Positions 27,223 through 38,596 of a stretch of DNA of 55,029 nt are shown piece by piece. The stretch's first letter is position 1. Each line of letters starts with the position of its first letter. Position numbers and translations under genes: made by a program. The notes beneath the pieces were generated by a model. That model was given only the letters and a program-made list of their open reading frames with translations, had not been told where the DNA came from and made no database searches. The DNA comes from Prosthecobacter sp. (GTDB lineage: Bacteria > Verrucomicrobiota > Verrucomicrobiia > Verrucomicrobiales > Verrucomicrobiaceae): NCBI GenBank assembly GCA_044373575.1, contig JBILPY010000001.1, forward strand, positions 1-55,029. The letters are read 5' to 3'.

Positions 27223-27921
27223 ATGCGCCTCCTCATCATCGACGACGACACCGAGCTCTGCCAGCTCGTGGCCGATTACTTGAAGCCAATGGGCTTCGAG
27301 GTCGAAATGGAGCACGACGGCGAGCGCGGAGCCGAGCGTGCCACCTCGGAGACCTGGGCCGCCATCATCCTCGATGTCATGATGCCTGGCTGCGATGGCT
27401 TTGAGGTGCTGCGGCGCATCCGTGCAAAGTCCAAAGTACCCGTCATGATGCTCACTGGTCGCGGTGAGGAGGTGGACCGCATCGTCGGACTCGAACTCGG
27501 CGCGGATGACTACCTACCGAAGACTTTTTCCTCCCGCGAGCTGCTCGCCCGCCTCCGCGCCCTGCTGCGGCGCACGGGTTGGATAGCTGAAACGGCTCCG
27601 TTGACTCCGGTCAAAGAAATCGTCGTCGGCGAACTGCGCATCAATCCAGAGACGCATGCCGTCCTGCTCGGTGCCGAGGTCTTGCAGCTCACGCCCGCCG
27701 AATATGGCCTGCTGCTTTCGCTTGCGAAGGCGCATGGCCGAGTCAAAACCCGCGAGCAACTCATCGAGGAGGTCGCTGATCGCGAATGGGATGTTTTTGA
27801 CCGCGCCATCGACATGCACATCTCCACGCTGCGCAAAAAACTCGGCGATGACCCCAAGGAGCCGCGCTTCATCAAAACCGTGCGCGGCTACGGCTATCAA
27901 CTCGTGACTCCAACTCGATAA
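27223..27921 (+). CDS. OmpR-family response regulator, CpxR-like
   Basis: MRLLIIDDDTELCQL, LDVMMP, DRIVGLELGADDYLPK, FDRAIDMHISTLRKKL, IKTVRGYGY. Confidence 0.93.
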   Translation: MRLLIIDDDTELCQLVADYLKPMGFEVEMEHDGERGAERATSETWAAIILDVMMPGCDGFEVLRRIRAKSKVPVMMLTGRGEEVDRIVGLELGADDYLPKTFSSRELLARLRALLRRTGWIAETAPLTPVKEIVVGELRINPETHAVLLGAEVLQLTPAEYGLLLSLAKAHGRVKTREQLIEEVADREWDVFDRAIDMHISTLRKKLGDDPKEPRFIKTVRGYGYQLVTPTR

Positions 27922-27947
27922 CGGGGCTGGAATGCCCCGAATATTTT

Positions 27948-29366
27948 ATGAGCCGACTCAAACTCCCGCTCTACACGAAGATCCTCTCGTGGTTCACTCT
28001 GAACCTCGCGGTGCTGGCGCTGCTGCTGATCTTTTTCCTCCAGGCGCAGTTCAAGCTCGGCCTCGACTGGATGCTCTCCGGCGAGCCCGGCGACCGCATC
28101 GCGGCCATCGGCGAGAGCGTGACCTTTGACTTTTCCCGCCTCGCTGAAAGCGAATGGCCCGCACGTCTGAGCGATTACGATCAAACGCACGGCGTCACCT
28201 TCGGCCTCTTTGACGGACGCGGTGAGCAGGTCTTTGGCAAAACCATCGCCCCACCCGCCGAGGTGCTCCCCAAGCTCATCGACCGCCGACCTCCTGGCGA
28301 TGGAGGCCCGCGCCGCCTGCCCGGTCCCGTCTCCAAACGACCTGCGGATGCACCGCCGAAGCCGCGCTTCATGCTGCGAGCTGGCGATCCTGCCCGCTAT
28401 TGGGCAGGCATTCATCTCGACCTCGTCCAGCAGGGCGGCCGCCCACTCACGCTCGTCATGGTTTCCGACAGCATCAGCGGTGGCGGCCTCTTTTTCGATC
28501 TGCGTCCGTGGCTCTGGCTCGCCGCCGCCGCGCTCCTCATCTCCGCGCTCATGTGGATGCCCTTCGTGCGTGGCATCACCGGCTTCATCCGCACGCTGAA
28601 CACCGCCGCAGGCCGCATCGCACACGGCAAATTCGACGAACGGATCGAAAAACAACGCAACGACGAGCTCGGCGAACTCTCCACCTCCGTGAACACCATG
28701 GCCGCCCAACTTGGCGATTACATGACGCAGCAGCGCCGCATCACCGCCGATGTCGCGCACGAGCTGTGCTCGCCGATTGCCCGCATGCAGATGGCCCTCG
28801 GCGTCGTCGAGCAACGCAGCACGCCGGAGCAGGCCACCTACCTTCAAAAACTCGACCGCGAACTCCAGCACATGGCCAAGCTTGTGGAGGAGGTGCTCGC
28901 CTTTTCTAAAGCTGAGACGTTACCCGATCGCGAAACATCCGAGACTTTCGATCTGCGCGAACTCATCGACCAAGTCTTCGCTCGCGAAGCGCCGGAATGT
29001 GAGATCCACGCTAAAGTTGAGGACCTGAAGCTCCACACATTGCGCTCGGCCTTGGATCGCGCTTTGGGCAATGTTTTACGCAATGCCGTCCGCTATGCCA
29101 AAGACATCGAGATCCACGGGAAGCTACAAAACGATCGAGTGATTATCCAAGTCCTTGATCGAGGCCCAGGCGTGCCCGCCGATTCACTCGCGCGTCTCTT
29201 CGAGCCCTTTTATCGCCCCGAAGCCGCTCGCGGTCGCAACACCGGTGGCAGTGGCCTCGGTCTCGCCATCACCAAGCGCTGTATCGAAGCCTGCGCCGGC
29301 ACGGTGACAGCACGGAATCGCGAGGGTGGCGGGCTAGCTGTGGAATTCGTGATTCACTCGATGTAA
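27948..29366 (+). CDS. Sensor histidine kinase, CpxA-like
   Basis: Two TM segments, Pro-rich periplasmic loop, HAMP (DELGEL), DVAHELCSP, NVLRNAVRY, DRGPG, GSGLGLAI. Confidence 0.92.
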   Translation: MSRLKLPLYTKILSWFTLNLAVLALLLIFFLQAQFKLGLDWMLSGEPGDRIAAIGESVTFDFSRLAESEWPARLSDYDQTHGVTFGLFDGRGEQVFGKTIAPPAEVLPKLIDRRPPGDGGPRRLPGPVSKRPADAPPKPRFMLRAGDPARYWAGIHLDLVQQGGRPLTLVMVSDSISGGGLFFDLRPWLWLAAAALLISALMWMPFVRGITGFIRTLNTAAGRIAHGKFDERIEKQRNDELGELSTSVNTMAAQLGDYMTQQRRITADVAHELCSPIARMQMALGVVEQRSTPEQATYLQKLDRELQHMAKLVEEVLAFSKAETLPDRETSETFDLRELIDQVFAREAPECEIHAKVEDLKLHTLRSALDRALGNVLRNAVRYAKDIEIHGKLQNDRVIIQVLDRGPGVPADSLARLFEPFYRPEAARGRNTGGSGLGLAITKRCIEACAGTVTARNREGGGLAVEFVIHSM

Positions 29367-29487
29367 CGCAGCTCGTTACTCGCGAGCACGGGGCGGATTT
29401 TGCTCTCAAAAAAAGCCCTCTGATCTGGAGGCATAGGCAGAGACGAATACGCTCGCCTTCGGGCCATGTTTGCGGGTGCTGTGGCGA

Positions 29488-29934
29488 TCACTCCTTCGCC
29501 CGCGAGTCCATCCAGATCGTTACGGGGCCGTCATTGATCAGCGCCACCTGCATGTCTGCACCGAAGGAGCCGCTCTTCACGGGCACCTCACGCACCAGTG
29601 ACTTGATGAAGTGCTCGTAGAGCGGGATTGCGTGCTCGGGACGGGCGGCGCGGGTGAAGCCGGGTCGGTTGCCTTTTTTCGTGCTGGCATGAAGCGTGAA
29701 CTGGCTCACCACCAGCGCGCTCCCGCCCACGTCCGTCACGCTGAGATTCATCTTTCCCTCGGCATCACTGAAAATGCGCATCTGGGCGATTTTGCCAGCC
29801 AGCCACTCCGCATCATCCACGACATCATCGTGCTCGACGCCGAGCAGCACCACCAGTCCGTGCGTGATGCAGGCCGTCATTTGTCCGGCGATGGTGACAG
29901 AGGCCTGCTTCGAACGTTGGATGAGGGCGCGCAT
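29488..29934 (-). CDS. dtd: D-aminoacyl-tRNA deacylase
   Basis: [32 protein letters not shown]. Confidence 0.96.
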   Translation of the reverse strand: MRALIQRSKQASVTIAGQMTACITHGLVVLLGVEHDDVVDDAEWLAGKIAQMRIFSDAEGKMNLSVTDVGGSALVVSQFTLHASTKKGNRPGFTRAARPEHAIPLYEHFIKSLVREVPVKSGSFGADMQVALINDGPVTIWMDSRAKE

Positions 29935-29966
29935 GGGAGAGGGAATAGCCGCCTGCCACGCGAGGA

Positions 29967-32900
29967 TCAAGGCGTCTCCGTGATCAGCCGCACGAATCCA
30001 CGCTGAGGAAGATTTGAGGGAACATTCAGCCGGATGGCTCCCCATTCATAACCGGACGGCGGTGTGGGCAGGCCTGGTGGAAGCGTGAGTGGTGCCTCCA
30101 TCGGGGTATCCCAGGAGGAGAAGTCGAGCGTGGCCTGAGGCTGATAGATGATCTCTGGAGTTTGATAGGTGGTGCCGTTCATCGTGCCGCCTGTGCGGCG
30201 GAGATAAGGCAGCACGAGATGTCTGCCGCCAGCTCCATTGCTGGCTGCCTCTGGTTTGAAGGATGGTCGCTGACTTGGCTGACCGGGGTGTGTGCCGAAG
30301 GCGAACTCGTCGAAGTTGCTCACGCCATCGCCATCGGAGTCGGCTTCGGGGGTGTCGGTGTCACCCGTGAGTTGGTTGCCGCTCATGAAGCTGCGGTAGC
30401 CACTGAGGTCACGCACTTTTAGGAAGCCGAGGTGGGCGTGCAGTGAGCCATCCTGGAAGCGTGCTCGATGTGAATACTGCACAAGGCCGGAGCCTAGCGA
30501 GTCGAGGAAGCTCGTGTTGAGCAGTGGATTCGGGCCGGTGAACTCGGTCTGGCCGATGGTCCACTTTTCATCGTTAGGCTGCTGGCCCTGGCCGAAGTGC
30601 TTGCTGCCATCCATCCGGCTGTTGCTGCCTTTATCCAAGAGGTCGCCGAGCGGCTGACCGGAATCTTTAGGCCACCATTGGTCGCAGGAGAAGGTGAAGG
30701 AGAGCATTACATCCTGCACTTCGCCGTCTGGTGCCAGTCCATCTGCCCCCAGGGAGGTGCTGGTGCTCAGGCGGAAGCGGACGGGCACGGTCTTGGAGAA
30801 TGAGGTGTGGGGTCTGGTCAGCACGAACTCGGGCGAGAAAGTAAGGAGCACGGCGCTGTAGCCGGCTGCGCTTGGTATGGCGAGTGTGGTGGCCTCACCC
30901 ACATCCGTGAAGTCGCCATCATTGTTCGCATCCATAAAGCCGTAGAGAGTGGCGGTGGTGCCGGTCTCATTCTTCAAAGCGATCGATGCCATGATTTCCA
31001 TGCTTAGATCAGCAGTGGCTGAGGTGAGGTTGCTCAAGGTGCTACGAGTCACCGAACAATAGACTGGCGACTCGCTGGCCAGCCCCGTGCTGTTGTCAGT
31101 GCCACCATCTGCCTCAGCATCGATCTGGATGCCGGATGGATTTGAATCATCAAACAAGACCAAGTCAGGGCGGATGATGTGACGTGGCCCGTCGTCCGCG
31201 AGTCGCGTGCGATAGTCGGCCTGACTTACCGTGCTGAGATTGGTGACCACACCGGGCGAGGTGCCGGGTAAGCTATCTGGCAGATCACCGAAGTCATACT
31301 GCGGGTCAGTGACTTCGATGAAGTAGTCCTCCACCTCGCCATCTCCAGTTGGGCCGACAGCGCCAAGCGTTGTTGCCGTGGCGAGACGCAGCCGCACGGC
31401 CACCGGCTGTGCGAGGCTCGCTGTCGATGGCACATTCCAAGGGAGAAGGACGATGCCTGCGGTGCCGTTCGGGACCATGAGAGAGGCTGTTTCATCTGCA
31501 TCCAGGAAGTCGCCATCCGCATTCCAGTCGGTGAAGCCATACAGCTTTGCCGGACCACCTGTGACGTTGTTGACGCGGACAGGGAACTTCACAGGGAGGC
31601 CTGGGTTTGCGTGGATCGAGGAGGGCATCATGCCATCTTCATCATCCGTGGCATCGGCGTCATCGCCATTCGCAGGTGCCGAAGGCAGGCCGTCCGGTTC
31701 ACCATCCGGCACCGTCATGCCGAGGAAAAGCTGCTGGGTGATGACGTGACGTGCGCCATTGTCAGCACGCATCGTTTTGTATCCGGCAGGTAGGTCGCCA
31801 AAATCGAGATCGGCGAAGTCATAAGAGACGTTGAAGCTGAAGCTCAGCAGCCCGTCATGCACCTCTCCATCCGTGGCGGCACCCTCTGCACCCACGGCAG
31901 TGTCGGTGGTAATGCGGCAACGCATTGCGAACGTGCGTGTGAAGCTCGTTGCAGGAGCAAAGCCGCCGATCATGAAAGTGAAAGTGGGCGTCACGGCGGA
32001 CACCGAGCCATCTCCAGGCACATGGATGACCGCCGATTGTTCACCTGGATCGGAGAAGTCACCGTCGCTGTTGGCATCAATGAATCCGACCACTTGGGCG
32101 GCCGAACCGGTCGTGTTTTCAACGGCAAGGCTGGTCAGCAGGCCAAGCTCGAGCCGCGAGTGCATGCCATCGGGAATAAAGGTCTGGGAAGTCATGGCCC
32201 ACAAAAGACCGAGTTCGTCGTCGTCTCCGTCGAGGTTGTCTCCGCTTGCGGTCGAGTTTGGCAGGCCGTCGTTTTCGGCATCGACTGCTGCATCACCTGT
32301 GCCCGTGTCATTGGCAAAGGAGAGGCCCTGACGGATCACATGCGAGGGACCGCCATCTGCGGCGCGAGTCTTGTAATCGGGCGTCGCTCCGCCGCTGAAG
32401 CTGCCCGCTGACGTGCCGGGGTCTTTGTCCGGCAGATCGCCATAGTCCAGCCATGAGCTGCGCACGGCGATGAAGAAGTCCTCCACCTCGCCATCTGGCG
32501 CAATGCCGATGGGGCTCAAACTTGTGGCCGTGGAAAGGCGCAGTCTCACCGCCACAGGCGCGGTCGTGCTAGCCGTGGCAGGCACAGTCCAGGGCAGGTT
32601 GAAAGTCGCTCCTGCCGAGCCATTCGGCACGCCGATGCTGGAGGTCTCGTCCGCATCGGCGAAGTCACCATCAGCGTTCCAGTCCACGAAACCAAAGATC
32701 GTCGCAGGGCCGCCGGTCACGTTGTTTGCCTTGATCGGGAAGGTGATCGGCAATCCGGGAACGGCCATGAGACTGGCGGGACGGATGGCGTTTTCATCGT
32801 CGCTGGCAGCCGTGTCATCGCCATTGGCCGGAGCTGAGGGCAAGCCATCAGGCTCGCCGTCTGCTGGCGTGGTGCCGAGGTAGAGCTGCTGCGTGATGTG

Positions 32901-35900
32901 ATGCCGTGCGCCATTCGCCGCACGCAGCGTTTTGTAGCCAGCGGGCAAGTCGCCGAAGTCGAGATCCGCCGTGCTGTAGTTGGGCAGGTTAAAGCTTATC
33001 GTGATCAGCTCGTCATAGACCTCGCCATCGGTCGCCGGGCCATCGGAGCCCACGATGGCATCTGTCGTGATGCGGAAACGCAGGGCGAAGGTGCGAGAGA
33101 AGCTCGTGGCCGGAGCAAAGCCGCCGATGCGGAAGGTGAATATTGGTTCGGCGATCTCTGTCACGGCGCTGTTTGGCACCAGAATCACTGGGGCTTCTTC
33201 TCCCGGATCGGAGAAGTCACCGTCGCTGTTTGCATCAATATAGCCGACCACGCGTGCCGTGGATCCCGTCGTATTGACCACAGCCAGACTGGTAAACAAT
33301 TCCAGCTCGAGTTGTGAGGCCATACCGTCCGGGATGAAGGTCTGTGAAGTCAGCGCGCTGAGCAGGCCCTGCTCGTCATCATCGGCACCCAGGTCGTCGC
33401 CCGTGCTTGTGGCATCCGGCTGACCATCGGCTTCGGCATCGATGTCCACAGGCTCACTTTCGCCGCCAAAGAAGAGATGCGGCGTGACCCCATGCGATGG
33501 GCCGCCATCCGCCACGCGCGTTTTATAATCCGGCGTAGAGCCTGTACCAAAAGTGCCCGCCGCTGTACCGGGGTCTTTGTCCGGCAGGTCGCCATAGTCT
33601 TTCGCCGAGCCTTCGGGATACACGGTGATGAAGCTGTCCTCTACTTCGCCATCGGTGGCCAGCCCGGTGGGGCCTACAACCGTGTCAGTGGAGATGCGGA
33701 GGCGGACAGCCACGGGAGCCGTGGTGCTGGCCGTGGCGGGTACACCCCACAGCAGACGGAAGAGTGCATTCGCCGAGCCCGTGGGAACGAGCACCCCGGA
33801 GCTCTCGCCTACATCAGCAAAGTCACCATCCGCATTCCAGTCAACAAAGCCATGAATCTTCGCCGCACTGCCCGTCACATTCGTGGCCCGGATCGGGAAG
33901 GAGATCGGCAGTCCAGGCACTGGACGGAGCGAGGCTGCGGGAAGAGCATTTTCATCGTCGATGGCATCCGCGTCATCGCCATTCGCCATGGCCGAGGGCA
34001 GGCCGTCGGCTTCGAGATCGCCCACTTGATTGCCGAGATAGAGCATCTGATCCGCCACATGCCGTGCACCGTTGTCGGAGTGCTTGGTGGGGAAAGGCGA
34101 GGGCAGGTCACCAAAGTCGAAGTCCGGGCTGCCGCCTGAATCCGGCGTGAAATCGAGCGTGATGATCTCATCATGCACCTCGCCATCTGAGGCGGGGCCT
34201 TCCGCTGTCAGCCCCAGGTCCGTGCTGATGCGCACACGTACGGCCAGTTTCTTGGTGAAGGCGGCAGGATTGGCATAGCCGCCGCCCAGAAACACGACTC
34301 CGGCAAAGCGCACTGTGGTCTGCGAGCCATCCCCAACCACCGACTGCACATAACCTATATTGGCAAGGTTGTCATAGCTGTCAGTGAAGTCGCCGTCCTC
34401 ATCCCAATCGACAAACGCATAAACCTTCGCGGATGTGCCGGTGGTGTTCGTCACTGGCATTTCAAACTCTACCGCGATGTCGCGATAAGGAACTCCATCA
34501 TATACGCCGTAGTAGGAATCAAAGTCAGTCACAGTCAGCCCGATCTCATCATCGTCACCGTTCGCATCGTCACCGTCTGCATTGGCCGAGGGCAGGCCAT
34601 CGCTCTCCGCATCCACATCGAGATCAGAGCTGGCCGTGTTGTTGCGGAAATTCAGCCCTTCGCGCAAGACATGGGAGGGGCCATTGTCAGCCGTGCGTGT
34701 TTTGTAGTCCGGGGTCGATCCACCGCTGAAGCTGCCCGCAGCCGTGCCGGGATCTTTGTCTGGCAGGTCACCGAAATCCTGCCAGGAACTGCGCACCGCG
34801 ATGAAGAAGTCCTCAACCTCTCCGTCATCGGCACGACCCACCGGCCCGAGACTCGTCGCGGTGGAGAGACGCAACCGCACTGCCACGGGCAGGGTCGTGC
34901 TGGCGGTGGAGGGCACATTCCAGGGCAGATTGAAAAGCGCCGCCGCTGAGCCGTTCGGCACATTCAAGCTGGAGGTTTCATCCGCATCGGCGAAGTCGCC
35001 GTCCGCATTCCAGTCCGCGAAACCGTGAAGCTTTGCCATGCTGCCAGTGACGTTCGTTGCCTTGATCGGGAAACTGATCGGCGCACCAGGAACGGCATAG
35101 AGGGTTGGCGGGCGGATCGCGTTTTCATCGTCGCTCGCATTCAGGTCATCGCCATTCGAGGCAGGAGACGGCAGGCCATCCGGCTCACCATCAGGAACCT
35201 GCGTGCCGAGATACAGCGCCTGCGTCGTCACATGGCGGGCGCCATTGTCCGCACTCAGCGTCTTGTAGCCTGCGGGCAGGTCACCAAAGTCGAGGTCCGC
35301 CGTGCTGTAGTTCGGCAGAGTGAAGTTGCGGGTGATTAATGCATCATGCACCTCGCCATCGGTGGCAGCGCCATCCGAGCCGACCGATGCATCTGTCGTG
35401 ATGCGGAAACGCAGGGCGAATGTGCGGGAGAAATTCGTCGCAGGTGCGAAGCCGCCGATAGCAAAGGAGAACGTCGGCAGGACCGAAGACACCGAGCCAT
35501 CGCCAGGCACTGGGATCGCTAGAGCTTGCTCGCCGGGATCGTTGAAATCCCCGTCGCTGTTCGCATCAATGAAAGCCACGACCTTGCCCGAGGTGCCGGT
35601 TGTGTTCGTGACCGCCAGACTGGTCACCAGTTCCAACTCCAGTTTGGATGCCATGCCATCGGGGATCAAAGTCTGGCTGGCTAGCGCCGTGAAGAGACAC
35701 ATTTCATCGCCATTGTTGCCGAGATCATCGCCATCGGCCTGCGCGGTGGGTTGGCCGTCGTTTTCCGCATCCACATCCGCATCGGCACTGCCTGTGTCAT
35801 TGGTAAAGAAGAGCCCGGGGCGGATGCCATGCGAGGGGCCGCCGTCTGCCGTGCGTGTTTTGTAATCGGGTGGCGATCCCGTGCCAAAGGTGCCTGCAGA

Positions 35901-36539
35901 TGTTCCTGCCGAAGTGTCTGGCAGGTCACCATAGTCCAGCACCGTCTCCTGCGGATTCACCGCGATGAAAAAATCCTCCACCTCACCATTCTGTGCCAGG
36001 CCCGTCGGCCCGAGCACCGAGTCTGAGGAGATGCGCAGTCGCACGGCCACGGGTTGAGTCGTCGTCGCCGTGGCGGGCACACTCCAGGGCAGCCAGAAAA
36101 CCGCTCCCGCCGCTCCCGATGGCACTACCACGCTGGAGGTTTCATTCGCATCCGCGAAGTCGCCGTCCGCATTCCAATCTGCGAAACCAAAGATCTTCGT
36201 CGGGCCACCTGTCGAGTTCGTGGCCTTGATCGGAAAGGCCAGCGTCATGCCCGGCACCGGGAAAAGTGATGGCGGATGGATGGCATCTTCATCATCAGGC
36301 GCACCCGTCACATCATCCCCATTCGCCAGCGGATTGGCCAGGCCATCGGCTTCTGCATCCGGCGGCTGCGATCCAAGGTAAAGCGACTGCGACGCGATAT
36401 GCCGGGCACCATCAGCAGCCAGCTTCGTCGGATAGGGCGTGTCCGGCAGATCCCCGAAGTCCAAGGTGTTGGCATGGGCTGAGCCCAGCACCGCGAGGAA
36501 AAGGCAGGACGACAGTGAGCGAAAAAGTGCAGACGACAT
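29967..36539 (-). CDS. Large exported GEVED-domain repeat protein (2190 aa), putative surface/adhesin protein
   Basis: Signal peptide; ten modules starting D(F/Y)GDLP and ending GEV(E/H/Y/Q)D, most with a DWNADGDF or DANSDGDF loop; C-terminal DSDGDG..EFAFG...FVRL domain. Confidence 0.88.
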   Translation of the reverse strand: MSSALFRSLSSCLFLAVLGSAHANTLDFGDLPDTPYPTKLAADGARHIASQSLYLGSQPPDAEADGLANPLANGDDVTGAPDDEDAIHPPSLFPVPGMTLAFPIKATNSTGGPTKIFGFADWNADGDFADANETSSVVVPSGAAGAVFWLPWSVPATATTTQPVAVRLRISSDSVLGPTGLAQNGEVEDFFIAVNPQETVLDYGDLPDTSAGTSAGTFGTGSPPDYKTRTADGGPSHGIRPGLFFTNDTGSADADVDAENDGQPTAQADGDDLGNNGDEMCLFTALASQTLIPDGMASKLELELVTSLAVTNTTGTSGKVVAFIDANSDGDFNDPGEQALAIPVPGDGSVSSVLPTFSFAIGGFAPATNFSRTFALRFRITTDASVGSDGAATDGEVHDALITRNFTLPNYSTADLDFGDLPAGYKTLSADNGARHVTTQALYLGTQVPDGEPDGLPSPASNGDDLNASDDENAIRPPTLYAVPGAPISFPIKATNVTGSMAKLHGFADWNADGDFADADETSSLNVPNGSAAALFNLPWNVPSTASTTLPVAVRLRLSTATSLGPVGRADDGEVEDFFIAVRSSWQDFGDLPDKDPGTAAGSFSGGSTPDYKTRTADNGPSHVLREGLNFRNNTASSDLDVDAESDGLPSANADGDDANGDDDEIGLTVTDFDSYYGVYDGVPYRDIAVEFEMPVTNTTGTSAKVYAFVDWDEDGDFTDSYDNLANIGYVQSVVGDGSQTTVRFAGVVFLGGGYANPAAFTKKLAVRVRISTDLGLTAEGPASDGEVHDEIITLDFTPDSGGSPDFDFGDLPSPFPTKHSDNGARHVADQMLYLGNQVGDLEADGLPSAMANGDDADAIDDENALPAASLRPVPGLPISFPIRATNVTGSAAKIHGFVDWNADGDFADVGESSGVLVPTGSANALFRLLWGVPATASTTAPVAVRLRISTDTVVGPTGLATDGEVEDSFITVYPEGSAKDYGDLPDKDPGTAAGTFGTGSTPDYKTRVADGGPSHGVTPHLFFGGESEPVDIDAEADGQPDATSTGDDLGADDDEQGLLSALTSQTFIPDGMASQLELELFTSLAVVNTTGSTARVVGYIDANSDGDFSDPGEEAPVILVPNSAVTEIAEPIFTFRIGGFAPATSFSRTFALRFRITTDAIVGSDGPATDGEVYDELITISFNLPNYSTADLDFGDLPAGYKTLRAANGARHHITQQLYLGTTPADGEPDGLPSAPANGDDTAASDDENAIRPASLMAVPGLPITFPIKANNVTGGPATIFGFVDWNADGDFADADETSSIGVPNGSAGATFNLPWTVPATASTTAPVAVRLRLSTATSLSPIGIAPDGEVEDFFIAVRSSWLDYGDLPDKDPGTSAGSFSGGATPDYKTRAADGGPSHVIRQGLSFANDTGTGDAAVDAENDGLPNSTASGDNLDGDDDELGLLWAMTSQTFIPDGMHSRLELGLLTSLAVENTTGSAAQVVGFIDANSDGDFSDPGEQSAVIHVPGDGSVSAVTPTFTFMIGGFAPATSFTRTFAMRCRITTDTAVGAEGAATDGEVHDGLLSFSFNVSYDFADLDFGDLPAGYKTMRADNGARHVITQQLFLGMTVPDGEPDGLPSAPANGDDADATDDEDGMMPSSIHANPGLPVKFPVRVNNVTGGPAKLYGFTDWNADGDFLDADETASLMVPNGTAGIVLLPWNVPSTASLAQPVAVRLRLATATTLGAVGPTGDGEVEDYFIEVTDPQYDFGDLPDSLPGTSPGVVTNLSTVSQADYRTRLADDGPRHIIRPDLVLFDDSNPSGIQIDAEADGGTDNSTGLASESPVYCSVTRSTLSNLTSATADLSMEIMASIALKNETGTTATLYGFMDANNDGDFTDVGEATTLAIPSAAGYSAVLLTFSPEFVLTRPHTSFSKTVPVRFRLSTSTSLGADGLAPDGEVQDVMLSFTFSCDQWWPKDSGQPLGDLLDKGSNSRMDGSKHFGQGQQPNDEKWTIGQTEFTGPNPLLNTSFLDSLGSGLVQYSHRARFQDGSLHAHLGFLKVRDLSGYRSFMSGNQLTGDTDTPEADSDGDGVSNFDEFAFGTHPGQPSQRPSFKPEAASNGAGGRHLVLPYLRRTGGTMNGTTYQTPEIIYQPQATLDFSSWDTPMEAPLTLPPGLPTPPSGYEWGAIRLNVPSNLPQRGFVRLITETP

Positions 36540-36646
36540 GATGGGCTCCTTGGATTGGAAAACAGATTGGGCGGGCTGAGAAAAGCCTGCGTGCGATTGA
36601 TGCTCTGTTTTGCGCCGAACGTTTCACTCTCGGATACTGCGGTTAC

Positions 36647-36662
36647 CTTTCCCTTGCGAAAA
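36647..36662 (+). repeat. Left copy of a 16-bp direct repeat (possible attL or target duplication)
   Basis: CTTTCCCTTGCGAAAA, identical to 41931-41946; similarity extends to 22 of 25 bp. Confidence 0.7.
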
Positions 36663-36777
36663 AACAGCTCTCATGGCCTTCAGTGCTTGGGAAACCGGGG
36701 CTGTTGTCACGTCGATCGAATTGAGGGCAAACAGTATCCTTGTTGCCGTCCTTGCCACCTGCTACTCAGGTGCGCTC

Positions 36778-37827
36778 ATGCAGACGCCTCCTTTTCAGAC
36801 ACGCTGGCTTACCCGTTTTGATCTTCCGTCCAAGGGATGGCAAAAGCTCCTTGCTCCTCGACTGGCTGAACGTCCCTTCCGTGATGTCAAAACGGCAGAG
36901 CCTCTGCTTCGCTTCCTGTTCGGTGAGCTGCCGAAGCTGTTGAAGAAGGACTCCAGCCATGAAACAGCGGAACTGGCAGAGGCCTTTGGCTGGACCTGTT
37001 TCGCCTTCTGGCAGTGCGGATCGGCCTTCCCTTCATTCCCGGAGAACTATGCGGCAAGTCTGCATAAGGCCTTGAGTCAGTCGGCGGATCAGCGTGATCC
37101 AGCGGCGCGGGTTCTGGCGCAGTTGCTCGTCTCGTCCCAAGACCAGCGCGAGGGGAGGTGTGGTTTCAATCAGCTTGCATTAAACAAGCCGGAGATCATC
37201 CGCGAATCCGAACGTCTGATCCACGACGGTGGCTATGAGGACTACCTGAAGGCTCAGGAGAAATACGACGAATATGAAACACAGCTCGGTTTCAGCGCCG
37301 AGTTCCGTGACGACTGGCAGAGCCTCAAGACTTGCTTCGCGGATCAACTGCGCGGGAAGAAGATCATCCACCGCACCCTCATCCCCGAGCGCAATTGGGA
37401 GCGCGGCCCCGGCGCACAGTTTGATGATGCCGCGCAGAGCTTTCAGGCCGTGTTCGATCTCTTCTGCTGGAAATACTACCTCTGGGCCATGGAAGGCGAC
37501 CGCCCGCATCTCCTGAAAGCCTCCGTTGTCTTCACCCCACTCGGCACCCAGATCTTCATTCCCGGCTACCTCAGCTTCGATCCCAAACGAGACCTCGACT
37601 TCAAGAAGGTCGCCAGTCTCCACCGCGCCCGAGGCATCACCCGCCAAGGCCCCGTCTTTTCAGACGGTAGAAAGGAACTCGCTAAAATGAAACGCAAAGC
37701 CAAGGCGGCTGACAAGGAGGCGCGGCGCCGTAAATTGACAGGTGATGCAAGGTATGAGTTCATCGGTGCCCAGATCGGCCTCGAAGATCTTCTCGATTTC
37801 CGGAGTATTAGGAAGCTGTTGGAGTAG
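36778..37827 (+). CDS. Hypothetical protein with a basic C-terminal helix
   Basis: Open frame of 349 aa from ATG 36778; KMKRKAKAADKEARRRK near the C-terminus; family not recognised. Confidence 0.7.
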   Translation: MQTPPFQTRWLTRFDLPSKGWQKLLAPRLAERPFRDVKTAEPLLRFLFGELPKLLKKDSSHETAELAEAFGWTCFAFWQCGSAFPSFPENYAASLHKALSQSADQRDPAARVLAQLLVSSQDQREGRCGFNQLALNKPEIIRESERLIHDGGYEDYLKAQEKYDEYETQLGFSAEFRDDWQSLKTCFADQLRGKKIIHRTLIPERNWERGPGAQFDDAAQSFQAVFDLFCWKYYLWAMEGDRPHLLKASVVFTPLGTQIFIPGYLSFDPKRDLDFKKVASLHRARGITRQGPVFSDGRKELAKMKRKAKAADKEARRRKLTGDARYEFIGAQIGLEDLLDFRSIRKLLE

Positions 37828-37841
37828 ATCATGTAACCCAG

Positions 37842-38525
37842 ATGAAACTCATCGATTTTTTGAATTCAGCAGAGTTGTATTACCGTGACTTTTACAGCCC
37901 CTTGACTCCAGCATGGATGTCCGTTCAAAACCGTGACATTCAGTGTTTCGCATATCACAAGGATGACTTAGCGGGGTTAAAGAATAAAACCCCAGTTGTC
38001 TGTATAGGCGCAAATTATGCTACGGGTCCAGGTAACGTAGAGAAAAGATGCGCATCCAATCTTAACCGCTGGAGGACAAACTATCTCAAAGCGCGGAGCA
38101 CCTTGCTTTCCACAACACAACCAAGCTTGCAAGACGAGTGGGTTGATCGGGCTTGGAGTTCTTCTCCATTTCCAACATTGCCTGATGATCAGACAACTTT
38201 TTTCTTGATGACTAATTTGTGTCCATGGATCACGCAGGCTGATTGGTCAGAATTAACCTCCGAATGCACAACGTCTCTAGTTCAGAGAGCCAAAGAGCAT
38301 GACTATCCACATTTGAAGCGCTTATTCGCTTATCTCGATACGCACTATGAGAGTTTTGTGATTATCGGCCATGGAATTAATGACAACATCCTTCCGCATC
38401 TCCTCGATTACTTGCGGAAAGAACATCCCAGGCATGCTTGGATTCAATATGCGAATCTAACTTATTTTCAGCCGACACCAAGATGGTGCGACAAGACTGG
38501 CAAGTTTGTATTCCCAAAAAAGTAG
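37842..38525 (+). CDS. Hypothetical protein with uracil-DNA-glycosylase-like motifs, low GC
   Basis: VVCIGANY, FLMTNLCPW, VIIGHG resemble UDG-superfamily strand/loop motifs; function inferred only. Confidence 0.55.
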   Translation: MKLIDFLNSAELYYRDFYSPLTPAWMSVQNRDIQCFAYHKDDLAGLKNKTPVVCIGANYATGPGNVEKRCASNLNRWRTNYLKARSTLLSTTQPSLQDEWVDRAWSSSPFPTLPDDQTTFFLMTNLCPWITQADWSELTSECTTSLVQRAKEHDYPHLKRLFAYLDTHYESFVIIGHGINDNILPHLLDYLRKEHPRHAWIQYANLTYFQPTPRWCDKTGKFVFPKK

Positions 38526-38596
38526 GTCGGAGTTTGTCCCCAAACTCCGTCCCTGTGCGAGGCCTGATGAGGTGGAAGTAGTTCTTCCGCCTCACC

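Noticed and set aside
29967-36539. Nucleotide repeats as a possible CRISPR array or diversity-generating retroelement template
   Set aside because: The repeats are long in-frame protein modules without repeat-spacer structure; no cas or reverse transcriptase gene was seen
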